A DNA stretch of 61,836 nt, counting the filler, from Circinaria calcarea (lineage: Eukaryota), in the NCBI GenBank assembly GCA_051942165.1. It is 7 parts of 7 records of this genome, joined end to end, with 100 filler letters (N's around TTAATTAATTAA, not from the genome) between each part and the next. Parts side by side here need not be neighbours in the genome. Positions count along the whole stretch, not along the records: positions 44,267 to 53,003 come from JAVECS010001057.1; positions 53,104 to 61,836 come from JAVECS010001058.1; 5 more parts are not named here. The stretch is one strand, 5' to 3'. Below, in pieces: positions 49,660-61,836 of the stretch (its first letter is position 1; every line of letters begins with the position of its first letter). The notes below the pieces were generated by a model that did not search any database, was not told where the DNA came from, and saw only the letters and a program-made list of their open reading frames with translations. The translations under genes were made by a program, and so were the position numbers.

Positions 49660-50945
49660 GACTTGGGGTGATCACGCTGTATCTCCCATGCTTGCACCGA
49701 GGAAGCTGTCAAGAAATGGGGTTATGGGTACTGACTGGAGGTTGACTGTACTCAACATGGATGGAACGGACTAACTATCCACCGTAGTGAAAGGCACTTA
49801 AGACAGGAAAGGTGAAAACCTTTTCTGCTTACTGCAATACACACCTAGAGTAGCTACACATAGTACTCTAATACAAAGCTTTAACCCATATATTGCATGT
49901 CCTATTCTAAACAGAAGCACTTCCAAACTCCAAGTGTTAATCCGTGAACCCGGAGAGAAAAGCGCGTCTAGACTCGGACGTCTTTAATAGTCGTCTCGCC
50001 TAAATTAGATAGAGGATTGTGACCACAATACTATACGAGAGCCTTCCCAAATTCCAGCTTGCATAAGGGGCAATTTATATCTATTCTAAACTCTGATTGG
50101 TTTCTTGTTATCGGAATTACTAAACTCGGTATCCCAAGCTCAAACGGGTCTACGTGGTATTTTATCGAAACATAAACGAACTAGCCGGCCTTTGACTACC
50201 AATTATGATGGCTAGTGTTATAGTTGATATATGTTGAGCTTCGTGGGCATCTATTGTTTTACGGTCTCAGTCTACCAGGGCTTTTTCGACTAAAGGTTTG
50301 TTTATCAATAGAATGTCCGCCTCCGCTGCCTTTAGCTGCAATGAAGATACATAGGAACAAGGATTTTAACACTTCCGCCGTGCACACCGCTGGAACCTTG
50401 GCGCAGTCACTACGCGCCAGCATCTCGATGTCGATCGACATCGAAACAAATAACGCTCCTTGGCCACCTTGCCTCAGGTACGTGGGATACAGGCTCACAA
50501 GGAATCCGACAATGCCAATTACAACTTGTGAAGATACATTGTACACAGCTATCCAAGTGTTAGTACTTGCGGTCTTCCGCCTACGGCAACGTGTACTCCA
50601 TGGACAGGATCCCAAACAGGCATATCCAAATGCAGCGAGCTGTCGGCGCAAAAGGAATACTACGTTGTGCTGATTTTTGAGCGGGAGTGTTACGGTAGGT
50701 GGTACTAGAGATTTGAAGGAACACGATTATCCCGGACTTCCACGATCTCGCGGAGAGCTTATCAGCCAGCAGCAATCCGTCGTGGACTTGAATCGCGCTG
50801 ATTTCTTTCGTTCCTTGGTCCAACTCTCATTGTCGAGTCCCTTGGGCGCCTCCAACCACATATATATTCATGCCCTTCTCCGTTGGTTCCTTTTCCGTTC
50901 CGCACTTCATTCACCCCATACATATTTCCATCTCTATCATCAAAG

Positions 50946-51710
50946 ATGCCTTTCACCGAAGTTCTGATTCCCCACTTGAAGACCGATGAAGAGAGTTGAA
51001 AGACTTTTCACGACAAATGGTCAGAAGTGAAAGAGTATTTCCTGGGCGAGCCAGGTCTGACTCGCGCCTACTCCGGGTTGTTAACCCACGAGAACAACGA
51101 ATCAGTTGAAGACGACTTTAGGTTCATAATTATTTTGGGTGCGATGCCCCACAAAGGCCTGTCCACCTCACTGACCATAGCTAACTCGGCATCCTGCCTA
51201 CCAGAATGGACTTCATTCGCCTTATTTGAGAAATTCCTGGCCTCCCCTGGATTCAAGGAATTCGGTGCTAAGGTAATGGCATTATCCACCGCACGTCCAA
51301 TGCCCGAAGTTTACAAGACCGACGTCGGCACGATCATCTCGTTCGCAAAACCGATTACCGAAATCATCCGGATAAAGCTGACGGATGAAAGCAAGATACC
51401 AGCGGCGGAACAGGCGTGGCAATGTCGCGCCCACCTCACCGCATTGGCGAGAGGATCGAACCCGTATGCTTTTGGCCCCAGTGTCAATCTCGATGAAAAT
51501 GTCTTCTGCGGTATCGTTGGTTGGGACAGCATGGATGCTAGTACCCCTATACCGGGCGACCGGCTTGGACGATCTAACTGACCTGTTTCACAGGAACGCC
51601 AAGAAAACCTCGACCTCGCCGAGGTAAAGGAAGCGCTCAAAAAGCTCTCTATCATCGGAGAAATGTCATCGATCTTTGTAAAAGTCTCGCAGTTCAAGAA
51701 ACCTTCATAG
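50946..51710 (+). pseudogene. Dimeric alpha/beta-barrel (ABM-like) protein gene with a premature TGA
   Basis: MPFTEVLIPHLKTDEES*KTFHDKW.. (TGA at 50997-50999, in frame with ORF 51027). EWTS..FEKFLASPGF, ITEII and GIVGWDSM motifs. Last exon ERQENLDLAEVKEALKKL..KKPS* requires a GC donor at 51537. Confidence 0.6.
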
Positions 51711-52047
51711 TAGCAAAAAGGAGGCTTCACATCTAAAAGGGAGGAACTGGGATGAGGTCCCTCAAATTATTTATACCAATTAGTATGCAGCAAATACTAC
51801 CACTCGCCCTCTTCATAAATGTCTAGTCGAGACGTAATATTGAGCAGATCCTACTACTCCTTTTTCAATAACATCCTGTTGACACGATAATGACTCTTTT
51901 AAAATCCATCTGTGACTCTCGCCGAGTGCCAGTCAGTATAATGAGCCTTCTAAACTTCTAGAACAGCTGCAACCCCCATGATAATTCAACAACTCTTGTA
52001 ACAATGCGGACTCATCATCCAATAGAATTAAGCGTGATGTGCTTTAA

Positions 52048-52639
52048 GGGCCTGTTCGGTGGCACCGATTTGTTGCATCGATTTGTTCAAAACGTATTGT
52101 TAACAAATCGTTCGAAACAATCTATTGTCTGAAATTGTAATTGAGTGTTCGGCGCGCTTAATTCCGAATTTCTTATTACCGCTAAATCTTTCCTCTAGCA
52201 AGGGGTCAATATTATACTAATTACTAATAAAGTTACCCCTTCGTGACGGGGATTGAAGCTATATATAATAACTTAATACGCCATCGTTGAAATTTTTAAA
52301 TAATTAAGGCGTATGAAAGGCCCTAAGAAGACGATTTAGATAATCAAAGATTATAAAAATCTGATGTTGGCGCATTATTATGCTATAATTAATACGTGAA
52401 TTTATGATTAATATGCGTATCACGCTAAAAAAACAATAAGTTATTCATTTCAAGAAGTAGGTCCAGATCAACTTGTTGCCAAGACTAAATTTTTGGTGTA
52501 GTCTGACAATACGTTCTGAACAATAGATTATTGAATTTGTAACAAATTGATTCAGCCGAACGGTCACTTGGCAATTTCAGGGTCCAACAATACGTTTTGA
52601 ACAAATCGATGCAACAAATCGGTGCCACCGAACAGGCCC
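52048..52639. mobile_element. MITE of PIF/Harbinger (Tourist-like) type, 592 bp
   Basis: Perfect 54-bp terminal inverted repeats (52048-52101 and 52586-52639) beginning GGGCCTGTTCGG; TAA on both sides (52045-52047, 52640-52642); AT-rich non-coding interior. Confidence 0.9.
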
Positions 52640-52925
52640 TAAGATTCGCCTATTCCTCCGAAGCTTGGCATCCGAGCGGCCGTCTCAGCCCTGAATCTCC
52701 ATGCACCACACCTTACGAAGGTTGCCCATTCCCATCGCATCACTCACGACTCGCAACCAAGAATCCACACTCATCCCCTCTGATACCGACTCCCCAACTA
52801 CGTATACTTCACAACTTCCTCCAACCGACACAAATCCGACGTATGCCCTCTAGGTTCTAAACCCATTTTCCACGCACGCGCTCCATCAACCTCCAACCTC
52901 CTCCCCCCCATCCCCAATCTCCAAA

Positions 52926-53003
52926 ATGGCAGCCGGCCTCAAAACCATCATCGCTCTCTCCTTTGTACGTTCCCTCTTTCCCTCCCCATTCCCATTCCCC
53001 ATC
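52926..53003 (+). CDS. VPS55: Vacuolar sorting protein Vps55, first exon (52926-52964) and start of the intron; truncated
   Basis: MAAGLKTIIALSF followed by donor GTACGT; matches the typical Pezizomycotina Vps55 N-terminus. Confidence 0.7.
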
Positions 53004-53103
53004 NNNNNNNNNNNNNNNNNNNNNNNNNNNNNNNNNNNNNNNNNNNNTTAATTAATTAANNNNNNNNNNNNNNNNNNNNNNNNNNNNNNNNNNNNNNNNN
53101 NNN
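53004..53103. other. Artificial contig spacer
   Basis: N44-TTAATTAATTAA-N44. Confidence 0.98.
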
Positions 53104-53967
53104 CACGAGCAGCCTCGGAGCCAGCCAGATCGATTAGATGTAGGAGTCCATCTGAGTTGGTAGATGGATTTCTGATACGAATGCGATATATGGCGTGTGA
53201 TCGTGATGAAGCATCATTTCTAAGGGTCGGTTCCGTCCGTCTGAAGGATGCTGCGCGTTCGATTAGGCCCGCTATCTCGTCTCTGCCCTGGACCAGCTGC
53301 TCGGTTGCCCCCGCCAGTTGTATGGCTCCAAAAGAGTCCTCGAGGATCATTACTGGTTTGCGCGCGTCGAGCAGGTCATATGCTGAATTACCTGCAAGAT
53401 CGATGATGGTGAGACTGATTTGTCTTTCGCCGTCAAGACTTCCATCCATCAACGATTTGGCAACAAGCTGCTGAAGCCCAGTGACTGTAAAGGTTTTGCC
53501 GGAACCGGTTTGGCCGTAGGTGAAAAGAGTCGCAATGCCGCCATTCCATGCGAAAGGAACTAGGTCTGCTACGAGATCCTTATAGATATCTTCGGTTGTT
53601 GTCTGCGAGTTGAAGAGTCTATCTACCTCATAATTGAAGGACTGCGGGCAATTAGTGTGATTGATCGATACACAAAAAGCTATAAGTGCGAGTATTGCCT
53701 TCCTACCTTAAGTGTAGGGCGTCCCCTTGGGTGATTATAGAGATCATGAATGTCCACCACATTAGTCTGAGCGGAACGTGGGAACATAGCACATGGGAAG
53801 CCTGCATCAATATCATCATCCAGCAGAGGCCGAATTCTGGCACCCACGACCATGCTTGCACTGGTGGTTCCTGCGACTGCCTTCGCTAGTTGAGGCACAG
53901 GCGTAGGGCCGAGCGCCTTGACCAGAGTCTGGTACCTAGCAGCATTATTAAGGTAGAATTTATCCAT
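53104..53967 (-). CDS. Kinesin motor-domain protein, 3'-truncated
   Basis: ARIRPL, P-loop YGQTGSGKT, switch I NDASSRSH, switch II IDLAGSE; intron at about 53642-53706. Confidence 0.9.
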
Positions 53968-54795
53968 TATAGCAAGTGTATTTGGCTAGTATCAGTATAT
54001 AAGTGTGACGACCCAGGTCTAAGGATAGAACTGTAGTATAAAAGGACTGTAATATTCTAAGCGTGGAGTGGAGTGAAGTGGAAGGGAGTGGAATGGAGTG
54101 GAGTTTATAAGCGGATGCACTTTTTAAAGATGGGCATACCGTTTTCATCTATTGGTGGGGCTTCTAATCCTTTATTAAACTTCTTTATTATTGCTTAACG
54201 CGTATTTATATTTATAAACAAATTATTATGGCACGATTATCCTAGCTAGCGCATTCGCCTATGGTATAGCGCGACCGCTATATCTAGCACGCGCTTGATA
54301 AAGAACATTGCAACCCCGACAGTAATTACTCGCTAAATTTTCCCCTCTAAATTTGTGGGACCCCTCCAATGTTAGTGGTGTCATACCCGAATCCTAGGCT
54401 GAAAGGGTCAGTAACTACAGCTGGGGGTAATTCAGCGTTGCAATTTTTTGGCCAAGCGCGTGGATAGATATCATGCTACAACTTCTTGCAACCTAGGTTC
54501 TTAGATTGACAATCTTTTAGCCATCTAGATTACTTAAATTTGCTGAACTATTCGACAAATTTCCATCACAAAACCTGTCTTCGTCCATTGCCACGATAGA
54601 TGTAGTTGCCAGGATAGATCAAATCATCTTTCAGTGAACCAAGACTATCACTTCGAGGCACAATGCTGCAGTGATACTACACTGACTCGATAAGAATCCG
54701 CCCAACGCCGATGTGGTATCTACGCAGTATGCAAATGTCCGTCCGTAGTCATGAGGAACGCCACGCTAAACCCGAGTTCGTCGTTAAGCACCGGC

Positions 54796-56965
54796 TTATT
54801 CTTGCTCAGAGCGCCCTTCCATTGCCGTAGCCTGCTCCGCGTCTGCGTTTTCCACTTCGCCTTCTATCATTCCATTTTCCTGAGCTGACTCCGGACCGTC
54901 CAATGTATCGGCGGTATCACCCTCGTCCATGGCGTCATCTTCAAGAGTTGCTGCTGTAGCATTTGATAGAACCGGTGCAATGGGGACAGCGGGGGGCGAT
55001 GCTGGAGGGGTAGCTTCCTGCGGCCCTTCTGCTGCCGCAAGGTGTACTCCATTCGTAATAGGAGGCGCCTGTTCGTCGGCCATCTCTTCATCGAGATCCT
55101 GCGTAGTGGTATCGCCTGGCGGAAGCGAGTCATCACGGGATTTGGGGCTCGAAGCACCGCTTTCGTCCGGGTTCGTGGTGCTGCTGCGAGCTGATCCATT
55201 CGTCACAGCAATCAGGCCCGCCTCCTCAATGCCTTCTGACTCTTGACTTGGAGCCCTTACGTCCGCAGCAAGTAAATCGTCATCGTGGGTCGAAACAGCA
55301 TGACGGTTGACGTCGTTGAGAATGTTTCGTCTCTTGCGCATATGACGTTGACGGTGAACACCATTCCTCGCGTTTTCTTCCTCGTCTTCACTCTCACTAA
55401 GTTCCCCCTCCCTATCAACATATTTGTCCCATCGTCGCTTGGTGTATCGTTGGTCCTTGTGTTCGTCCTCGTCAAGGTCGTCAAGGATCGCATCAGCTTC
55501 GTCATCCATGCCCTCGGGGTCAGGGGGAACTTCAGTCATCTGCACAGAAGGAGCATGCGCAGTGCGCTTCAAGTTGTCGATGACTTGGTTCTTAATCTTT
55601 TCAAGATACTCTGGAGAATTGGCGTTATCCATATTTGACGCCCGAACATCAAGCTCATAGTCTGGTGCATAATACTAAAATCGTCGATTAGTATAAAAAC
55701 GCGATTTCAACAGTGGCGCTCAACTAACCTCATAGTAATCATTGAAGGGAAGCTTCGGTCCGATAGTTTCCCCAACAAGGATGCCTGTCTCATAAGTCCA
55801 AGTCCTAGAAACGTTCCTCATCGTGTAGCCCCCTCCGCCAAGCACAAGCACCGGAAGGTTGAAACTCTTCACAAAATTGACACAGTTGGCGTGACCAGCC
55901 ATGCTGAGATTGAAGCATCCTAGACGATCGCCAGACAAGCTATCCCCACCACACTGCAAGACAATGGCTTCCGGTCTGTAGTACTCCATGACACTCTTGA
56001 TGATTGGTTCAAAAACAGCTTTGTAAGACTTGTCATCAATTCCGTCGCGCAATGGGAAGTTGACGGAGTAATTTTTGCCTTGTCCAACACCAATGTCGCG
56101 TAGCTCGCCAGTACCAGGAAAGTATTCTCCATACTTGTGAAAGGATACCGTCATAACTCGATCTGTGGTATAAAACGCTTCTTCAACACCGTCGCCGTGG
56201 TGCACGTCGATATCGATGTACAGAACTCGCTGCTTATAGCGCAAAAGCTCTAGAATGCCAAGTACAATATCTATGAATAAGGGTTAGATTAAGCCATAGA
56301 TGTCGACAGGAAATATTGAAACCGTTAATGTAGCAAAACCCACTCGCTTCGCTCTTCTTTGCATGATGTAGCCCGCCTGCCCAGTTTATTGCGACATCAC
56401 ATTTGCCTCTATTGAGTCTTGCCGCGCCCTCCATACTACCTCCGGCACTGATACTACAAAACTCAAATAGACCATCAAATACAGGACAATCGTCACCGAC
56501 GTTGAATTTCGCCTGCTCCTTGGTGTATGCGTCCATGTTGTCAGGCGTCACCTTTTTGAGAAACTCGACGTACTCATCAGTGTGGAATTGGGTCATTTCG
56601 AGGTTGGTGGCAGGTTTGGCACGCTGTGAGAATCAGCCCCGAGTCTTCAAACATTGTATTGCTCTCTCATCACTCTAGTTTGCCCTGAGGGAGACGACGC
56701 TCGAATACGCTCCCGTCGAGTGTACGTGCGAACAGAATCAGAGAGCTAAAGCAGGAGTGATATGTCAAGGACTTACGTAGATTTCCATCTTCCTGTAAAG
56801 TCCATAGTTCATAATAAGACTATGAGCAAGTCGAATTCGGTGCGGCTTCATCGGATGCCCAGCAGTATAGGCATAATTACCAACATCAGAATCGTAGAAG
56901 TAGGCTACGGATTTTTTGTTGCTGCTCTTATGTACGATCGGGTCGATGGGGGCAAACGAAGCCAT
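54796..56965 (-). CDS. RPD3: Class I histone deacetylase Rpd3, multi-exon
   Basis: [62 protein letters not shown]; acidic tail. Confidence 0.97.
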
Positions 56966-57343
56966 AATGGGTAATGATGATGTTGTTGCACTTAAATGTA
57001 AGATTGGTGGGAGGCGTTGGTTGTTTTCACAACTCCATGCCGAATGATGAACAGAAAATGGGGGGTTGGCAATTTACCGGTAAAGACTTCATAAGGCTGG
57101 CTAGCTATCGAAGCTAAGGATTTAAGCTCTTCGGAAGCTTCATGCCGTATACGGATTAGTGTCTAGTGCAAAATAGCTCCGTACTCCGTACCGGCCTTTG
57201 CAGAGATTCGCGCATTAGGAATAATATCATCACCGCCATCGAGTCTTCTTAAGCTCACACCTTTGCATCCTCCCTCCCGATTCTCATAGATACAACATCT
57301 CTGCAATTCCCCCGAGTCTTCGTTTTCATTCTTATCCCTAGTC

Positions 57344-58550
57344 ATGGATCGGCTCAATAGAATGTTGCAAGCTGCCCAGGGCATGGGATCAAGTGGAGCA
57401 TCTCCAGGCGCAGTAAGCTATTTCTCTTTACACTCGTATTCTATACCTTCAGCCTTTGTATCTCTTCTGTATCATGTTGCCATCTAATCGGCCGATGGTG
57501 CTTAGGATACCAACCTCATCGATAACTCCGAAACAGTCTACATATCTTCCCTTGCTCTCCTGAAGATGCTGCGACACGGAAGAGCAGGTGTTCCTATGGA
57601 AGTGATGGGATTGATGCTAGGGGAATTCGTCGACGACTATACTGTGAGGGTGGTGGACGTATTCGCGATGCCTCAGAGCGGCACCGGGGTAAGTGTCGAA
57701 GCTGTGGATCCGGTTTTCCAAACCAAGATGATGGAAATGTTACGGCAAACGGGCAGGTCAGCCGTTTGTTGGCGAAAATAAACTGATGATTATCACTGAT
57801 GAACAATAGACATGAGACCGTTGTCGGATGGTATCACTCACATCCTGGGTTCGGCTGCTGGCTATCATCTGTCGACATCAATACGCAACAATCCTTCGAA
57901 CAACTGACGCCTCGGGCCGTAGCCGTTGTTGTTGATCCTATACAGTCGGTAAAAGGCAAAGTAGTTATAGATGCATTTCGATTAATCAATCCCCAAACAC
58001 TCATGATGGGTCACGAGCCACGGCAAACCACATCCAATCTCGGGCATCTCAATAAACCCTCGATACAAGCACTTATTCACGGTTTGAATAGGCATTATTA
58101 CAGTATAGGCATCAACTACAGGAAGACTGGCTTGGAGGAAAATATGCTAATGAATCTACATAAACACGTGTGGACAGAGGCGCTACAAATGGACGACTTC
58201 CGGGAAGAGGGTGGAAAAAACGAGGAGAAGCTGAAGAGACTAGTGGAACTCGCCGAAGGCTACGAGAAGCGGGTGAAAGAAGAGACGGAGCTCACAAAGG
58301 ACCAACTGAAGACGAGATATGTTGGTAAAGTGGATCCGAAGAAGCGTAGGTGTTTCCGATATTATGGTCCTCCTTTCACCACCGCTAACCTACGCTCTTA
58401 GATCTGGAAGATGTGGGACAGCAGCTCATTGAAGACAACATTGTCTCCGTTTCTCGACAAATGATTGACAAGGAAGCGTCGGTTGCAAAGACAAACGGGG
58501 AAACGAACGGTCACCATAACGGATCGATGGATGTGGATGAGGAGCTGTAG
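57344..58550 (+). CDS. RPN11: 26S proteasome lid deubiquitinase Rpn11, multi-exon
   Basis: [34 protein letters not shown] motif [17 protein letters not shown]; last exon ends MDVDEEL*. Confidence 0.97.
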
Positions 58551-58900
58551 TATATCAGTTTTGATAGCGACTGAAAGCATTGCAGAGGGAGTTGATAAAT
58601 TATATCAATTTTGACTTCGAAGAAGGCATACCTAACTTTGGACAATTGCTCTAAAGTTAAAGGAAGTTCGATTTTTAAATATTGCGACCGTACTCGACGT
58701 TTAACGATAGTGATTCAGAGTCTAGAATAGGCAATTCTGCTGCAAAGGTCCGTGTTGGGAAACATTGGGATATTGAAAGAAGATCTGCAACCCTAAAGCC
58801 TAAAATGCTCACCTAGAATAATGCTCACGATCAAGGCATCAACTGTTTTCGAACAGCAATAGATTCAGTGTGTTGATTGACAACCACTATGTTTGGGTTC

Positions 58901-59623
58901 TTATATTCTCATATTATCATATTGATCCAACTTCCTCCCTATATCACTATCGACTTTCTGACCTGGGCCCCACGTTACTTTGATGTCGCCAGCTTTGGCC
59001 TCCTCAAGCAATCTGGTCATGAGTTGCCCTTTCCGCGATACTGAAGGATATCCATCGAACTGTATTTGATTCAGCACTGGTAGGCGTGCCATGACCTTTC
59101 TCAATAGGTCCCCCGCAAAGTCGGTATAGAATTCCTTGCCGATACGAAACCCGTTGAATATTTCATGCGATGGATCACATTCAATGAAAACCCTGAGTTT
59201 GAGCAATGAAGTGGCATTCTCAAGGCCTAGGGAATTTGTGACACGCCAGCACCTGGGAGGCTTGCTCCAAAAGGGCCCCAGTCGGAGTTCAAGCGTGACC
59301 AGGGCCGCACGGTACCGAGGAGAGAGCATTGACATGATCGGTTGCACCCTTCGTCCCATTGCTTGCCCATGTGTCGGGAATAGTCGAAAGGTATTGATAC
59401 CAAAGAATACAGCATAAGCCTCCTCGTGGAATCTCTTTGAAACGAGGAAGCACTCAAGGCGACGAACAAGCCGGCTATGCTGACGGTGATCCAAGTCGAT
59501 TACCTTGGGGATGAGAAAATGGATACTCATAATTTTGCGACGTAACTCAGATGGCAAGTCAAAGAAGCGAAAGGGCTGATGGACAGTCTCAATGTCGGAC
59601 AGAGATGAGATAGACTCGTCCAT
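58901..59623 (-). CDS. F-box-like/2EXR-type domain protein, 240 aa
   Basis: N-terminal PFRFFDLPSELRRKI and LVSKRFHEEAYAVFFGINTFRLF. Confidence 0.65.
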   Translation of the reverse strand: MDESISSLSDIETVHQPFRFFDLPSELRRKIMSIHFLIPKVIDLDHRQHSRLVRRLECFLVSKRFHEEAYAVFFGINTFRLFPTHGQAMGRRVQPIMSMLSPRYRAALVTLELRLGPFWSKPPRCWRVTNSLGLENATSLLKLRVFIECDPSHEIFNGFRIGKEFYTDFAGDLLRKVMARLPVLNQIQFDGYPSVSRKGQLMTRLLEEAKAGDIKVTWGPGQKVDSDIGRKLDQYDNMRI

Positions 59624-60110
59624 GGCCCAGACTGAGTATAGGAAATTTGAGGGGATGAGGGCGAGGACTCTAGAAGTAGATGTATCTCATCCAGTCTACT
59701 CAAAGAATCGCGGGGAGCATCTTGAAAAACGATGGTTGCTGTATCGATACTAACGGGACAAACAGCTCATAGGAAGCCTTGCTGTCGTTCTTGGGAGTAC
59801 GATTGTTTGAGCCATTGGTCTCCCCATCTAATACAACTCCATGTCCATAGTTTGTGAGGACACCGCGTCAAATTTCGAGTATCTGGATTTTCAACTTTCT
59901 ATTTGAAGGAGGGGAAAATCCATACGGAGAAAATTGATGAGATGAGGTGTAGCTCTTCGGCAATTCGTTCCACCGATGCCGGGAAACTCACGTGACTGAC
60001 AACATAAAACTTTATGTTCTCATGTTAAACATTGGTGTGTTTGATTATTATCTCCCCAAACGGGATATGTGAGCTAGTTTTTTCTATTCATTAACTGCTG
60101 TAGCTCCAGC

Positions 60111-61836
60111 ATGTTGACTCGTATTGCAGCTCGGTCACTGAGAGTTTATCCAACACTCATACGGGCAACTATCAGACCTTACCAGCCGCGAAGCTTCGCC
60201 GACGTTAAAAAGCCGAAGGATACAGGGGATTATCAGGTTCCATCCAGTACGCAATCTACCAAGCTTAACGAGTCTACCGCCCAGAGGACAGATCAGGCCC
60301 CGGGAATTGGAGGGGCAAATGCTGTCAATGCAGCTTCGAAGAGCAGCGATAAATCCTGGAATTCCGATCTTTCCGCGGATCAAGAGGAGTTCCGAACAGA
60401 TGCAATTGCAGAAGTAAACACGACTCCTACCAGCAGTCCTGGACCTGGTGCCCCCGCGCCGAAGTCTACAGACAGAAGCACTCACTCAGAATACTCCACT
60501 TTACAAGACGAATTCCAAACTACTTCAACATCCGACCAGAATACTACCCCTCAAGATTCCTCGCCCTCCGCTATAGATCCCACCTTGACTCAAAAGCCCC
60601 AAGAGTCTGTACCTCCACCTTTACATGACCTGACAAAAGGTATACCGTCAACACTGGACGCGGAGCTATCAAATGCCAGCTCGACCTCTGGTGCCGAACC
60701 TTCCGACCTAGGCATTGCAAAGAACGAGCCCAGGATATCAGCAGGTGGTAGAGGACGAGGCCAATTGCCTGCCAGTGCCTACATTACATCGGCCGAGCGG
60801 CGGCGTAATCGCCTTATGAATTGGATGTTTGGCGGCATACTGGTATTTTGCCTTACTGGGCCGATATACCTTGGTCGGAATTGGGAGACGGAGGAGGAAG
60901 AGAGAAAGCACCCCGATACCCCTTCCGGTTGGGGCCTGGGTCTTTTTTTTAATCGAGCTAGGGCGCGCATAGCAGATACACTCGATTATTATAATGAACC
61001 GGCGTTTCCTAAGCTTTTACCGAACCCTGATCCGGCTTTCGAAAGACCATATACACTTGTCCTGAGTTTGGAGGATTTGCTTGTGCACAGCGAATGGACT
61101 CGGGAGCACGGTTGGCGAATGGCGAAACGGCCGGGAGTTGATTACTTCCTCCGATATCTAAGCCAGTACTACGAGCTTGTCCTCTTTACCAGTGTCCCAA
61201 GCATGAATGCCGATCCTGTTATTCGCAAACTCGACCCCTTTCGGATAATCGTCTGGCCCCTTTTCCGAGAAGCAACTCTCTACAAAAAAGGCGAGTACAT
61301 TAAGGTTTGTCTCCCTGTCTCCGAACATCCCCTTCCAACCTTGCTAATACGTCATCGTCCAACTAGGACCTCTCCTACCTCAACCGGCCCCTTTCCAAAA
61401 CCATCCTCATTGACACCGTCCCCTCGCACGCCAAACTCCAACCAGAAAACGCCATCATCCTTCCCAAATGGAAAGGCAACCCAAACGACAACGAGCTCGT
61501 CTCGCTGATCCCCTTCCTCGAATATGTCGCCACCATGAACACGGAAGATACGCGCAAAGTCCTTGCCTCGTTTGCCGGCAAACACATCCCCACCGAATTC
61601 GCCGCGCGCGAGGCCCGAGCACGTGAACGGTTCGAAGCTGAGCGCGCCGCCGAACTCGCCAAGCGGCCCCGCCGTGCGGGTATTGGCATGCTGGGGAACG
61701 CTTTTGGCATCAAGCCGATGACGGCGATGGAGGGCGGCGAACCGAGTCTCAGTGAAGGCTTCGAGCAGGGGAAGATGCTGATGGATCAGATCCGCGAGAG
61801 GGGCCAGAAGGTTTACGAGGCCATGGACAAGCAAAT
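60111..61836 (+). CDS. TIM50: Mitochondrial import translocase subunit Tim50, 3'-truncated
   Basis: Arg-rich presequence, one TM helix, EPAFPKLLP, YTLVLSLEDLLVHSEWTREHGWRMAKRPGVDYFLRYLSQYYE; intron at about 61305-61366. Confidence 0.95.

Noticed and set aside
50997..50999. In-frame TGA as selenocysteine or programmed readthrough; in-frame TAGs elsewhere as a variant genetic code
   Set aside because: Dikarya lack Sec machinery, and conserved genes here use TAG and TGA as normal stops (RPN11, ELP5); single transitions explain the codons

Overview
Eukaryotic DNA from a filamentous ascomycete (Pezizomycotina): short GT..CTRAY..AG introns and fungal housekeeping orthologues. The window is not contiguous. 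It is seven unlinked contigs of 8769, 8763, 8749, 8746, 8739, 8737 and 8733 bp, sorted by size and joined by 100-bp N44-TTAATTAATTAA-N44 spacers, so adjacency is meaningful only within a contig. Recognisable genes are PPX1 (partial), a PX/DUF3818 protein (Lec1-like), TRM5, an LtrA-family membrane protein (partial), an F-box/LRR protein, a SUZ12-like VEFS-box protein, an intron-containing tRNA-Arg(CCU), SNRNP27-like (partial), ELP5, SLD7-like, VPS55 (first exon), a kinesin (partial), RPD3, RPN11 and TIM50 (partial). Accessory content includes a NACHT-ankyrin NLR with a spliced C-terminal ZZ finger, a degenerate gene with a possible gasdermin-like fold plus ZZ finger facing a TPR gene with a premature stop, a small secreted peptide, a PIF/Harbinger-type MITE with perfect 54-bp TIRs, and repeat relics with RIP-like mutations. 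The most interesting leads are the SUZ12 with an extra PHD/AT-hook/PHD tail and the ZZ fingers on two immunity-like genes. All family calls come from motif recognition by eye, not from database searches.
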